Position numbers and translations under genes: made by a program. The notes below the pieces were generated by a model that searched no databases, had not been told where the DNA came from, and saw only the letters and a list, made by a program, of their open reading frames with translations. A stretch of DNA of 64,000 bases from a virus (lineage: Duplodnaviria; Caudoviricetes): IMG/VR virus record IMGVR_UViG_3300037067_027602, positions 64,001 to 128,000 of that record; one strand, written 5' to 3'. The stretch's first letter is position 1, and each line of letters opens with the position of its first letter. Shown here one piece after another: positions 63,810 through 64,000 of the stretch.

Positions 63810-64000
63810 GTTGCGGCTCCTTGTTTTTTGAATCCCGGCTTGCCCAACACCTCCTTGGCGAACGCCTTGTCGCCCTCGTCCATGGCGTCGAACGCGACCC
63901 TGCGGCCGTACCCCACGCCGGGGTGCCTGCTGAAATCGACATCCCACCTGACGCCCTGTCCGGACGCGAACACGAGGCAGGCCGTCCTGCTCTTGTCGCA
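63806..64000 (-). CDS. 3' end of a hypothetical protein starting outside the window
   Basis: Open frame ...TACLVFASGQGVRWDVDF...KKQGAAT* whose TGA overlaps the next ATG. Confidence 0.5.
   Translation of the reverse strand, partial: CDKSRTACLVFASGQGVRWDVDFSRHPGVGYGRRVAFDAMDEGDKAFAKEVLGKPGFKKQGAAT

Noticed and set aside
1-64000. Stop-codon reassignment
   Set aside because: Genes are long, intact and tightly packed under the standard code, with TAA, TAG and TGA all used as stops.

Overview
GC-rich segment of a large tailed phage genome with essentially all real genes on the minus strand. Left part (1-44.9 kb) is a virion morphogenesis module, listed in transcription order: a 1380-aa Fn3/Ig-repeat protein, a large terminase with two inteins, portal, prohead protease, scaffold, decoration and major capsid proteins, neck genes, tail tube, two chaperones, a 4943-aa tape measure protein carrying two zincin motifs, distal tail genes, a GH24 lysozyme and a >1679-aa tail-tip protein that runs off the window and is absent from the ORF track. 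An IS607-family element (tnpA serine recombinase plus tnpB, about 45070-47184) sits at the junction with an early/accessory region. That region holds an Fe-S protein, a WYL-like protein, RuvB, an HExxH protein, a retron-type reverse transcriptase, a PRTRC-like Ubl/E2/JAB cassette with no E1, and many small phage genes. The most notable observation is in the intergenic gap 55886-56222: two tandem retron-like ncRNAs that share an msr scaffold but have different a1/a2 arms and different msd hairpins, about 4.3 kb upstream of the single RT. This suggests a phage-encoded retron making more than one msDNA. All functional calls come from motif recognition by eye; no database search was run.
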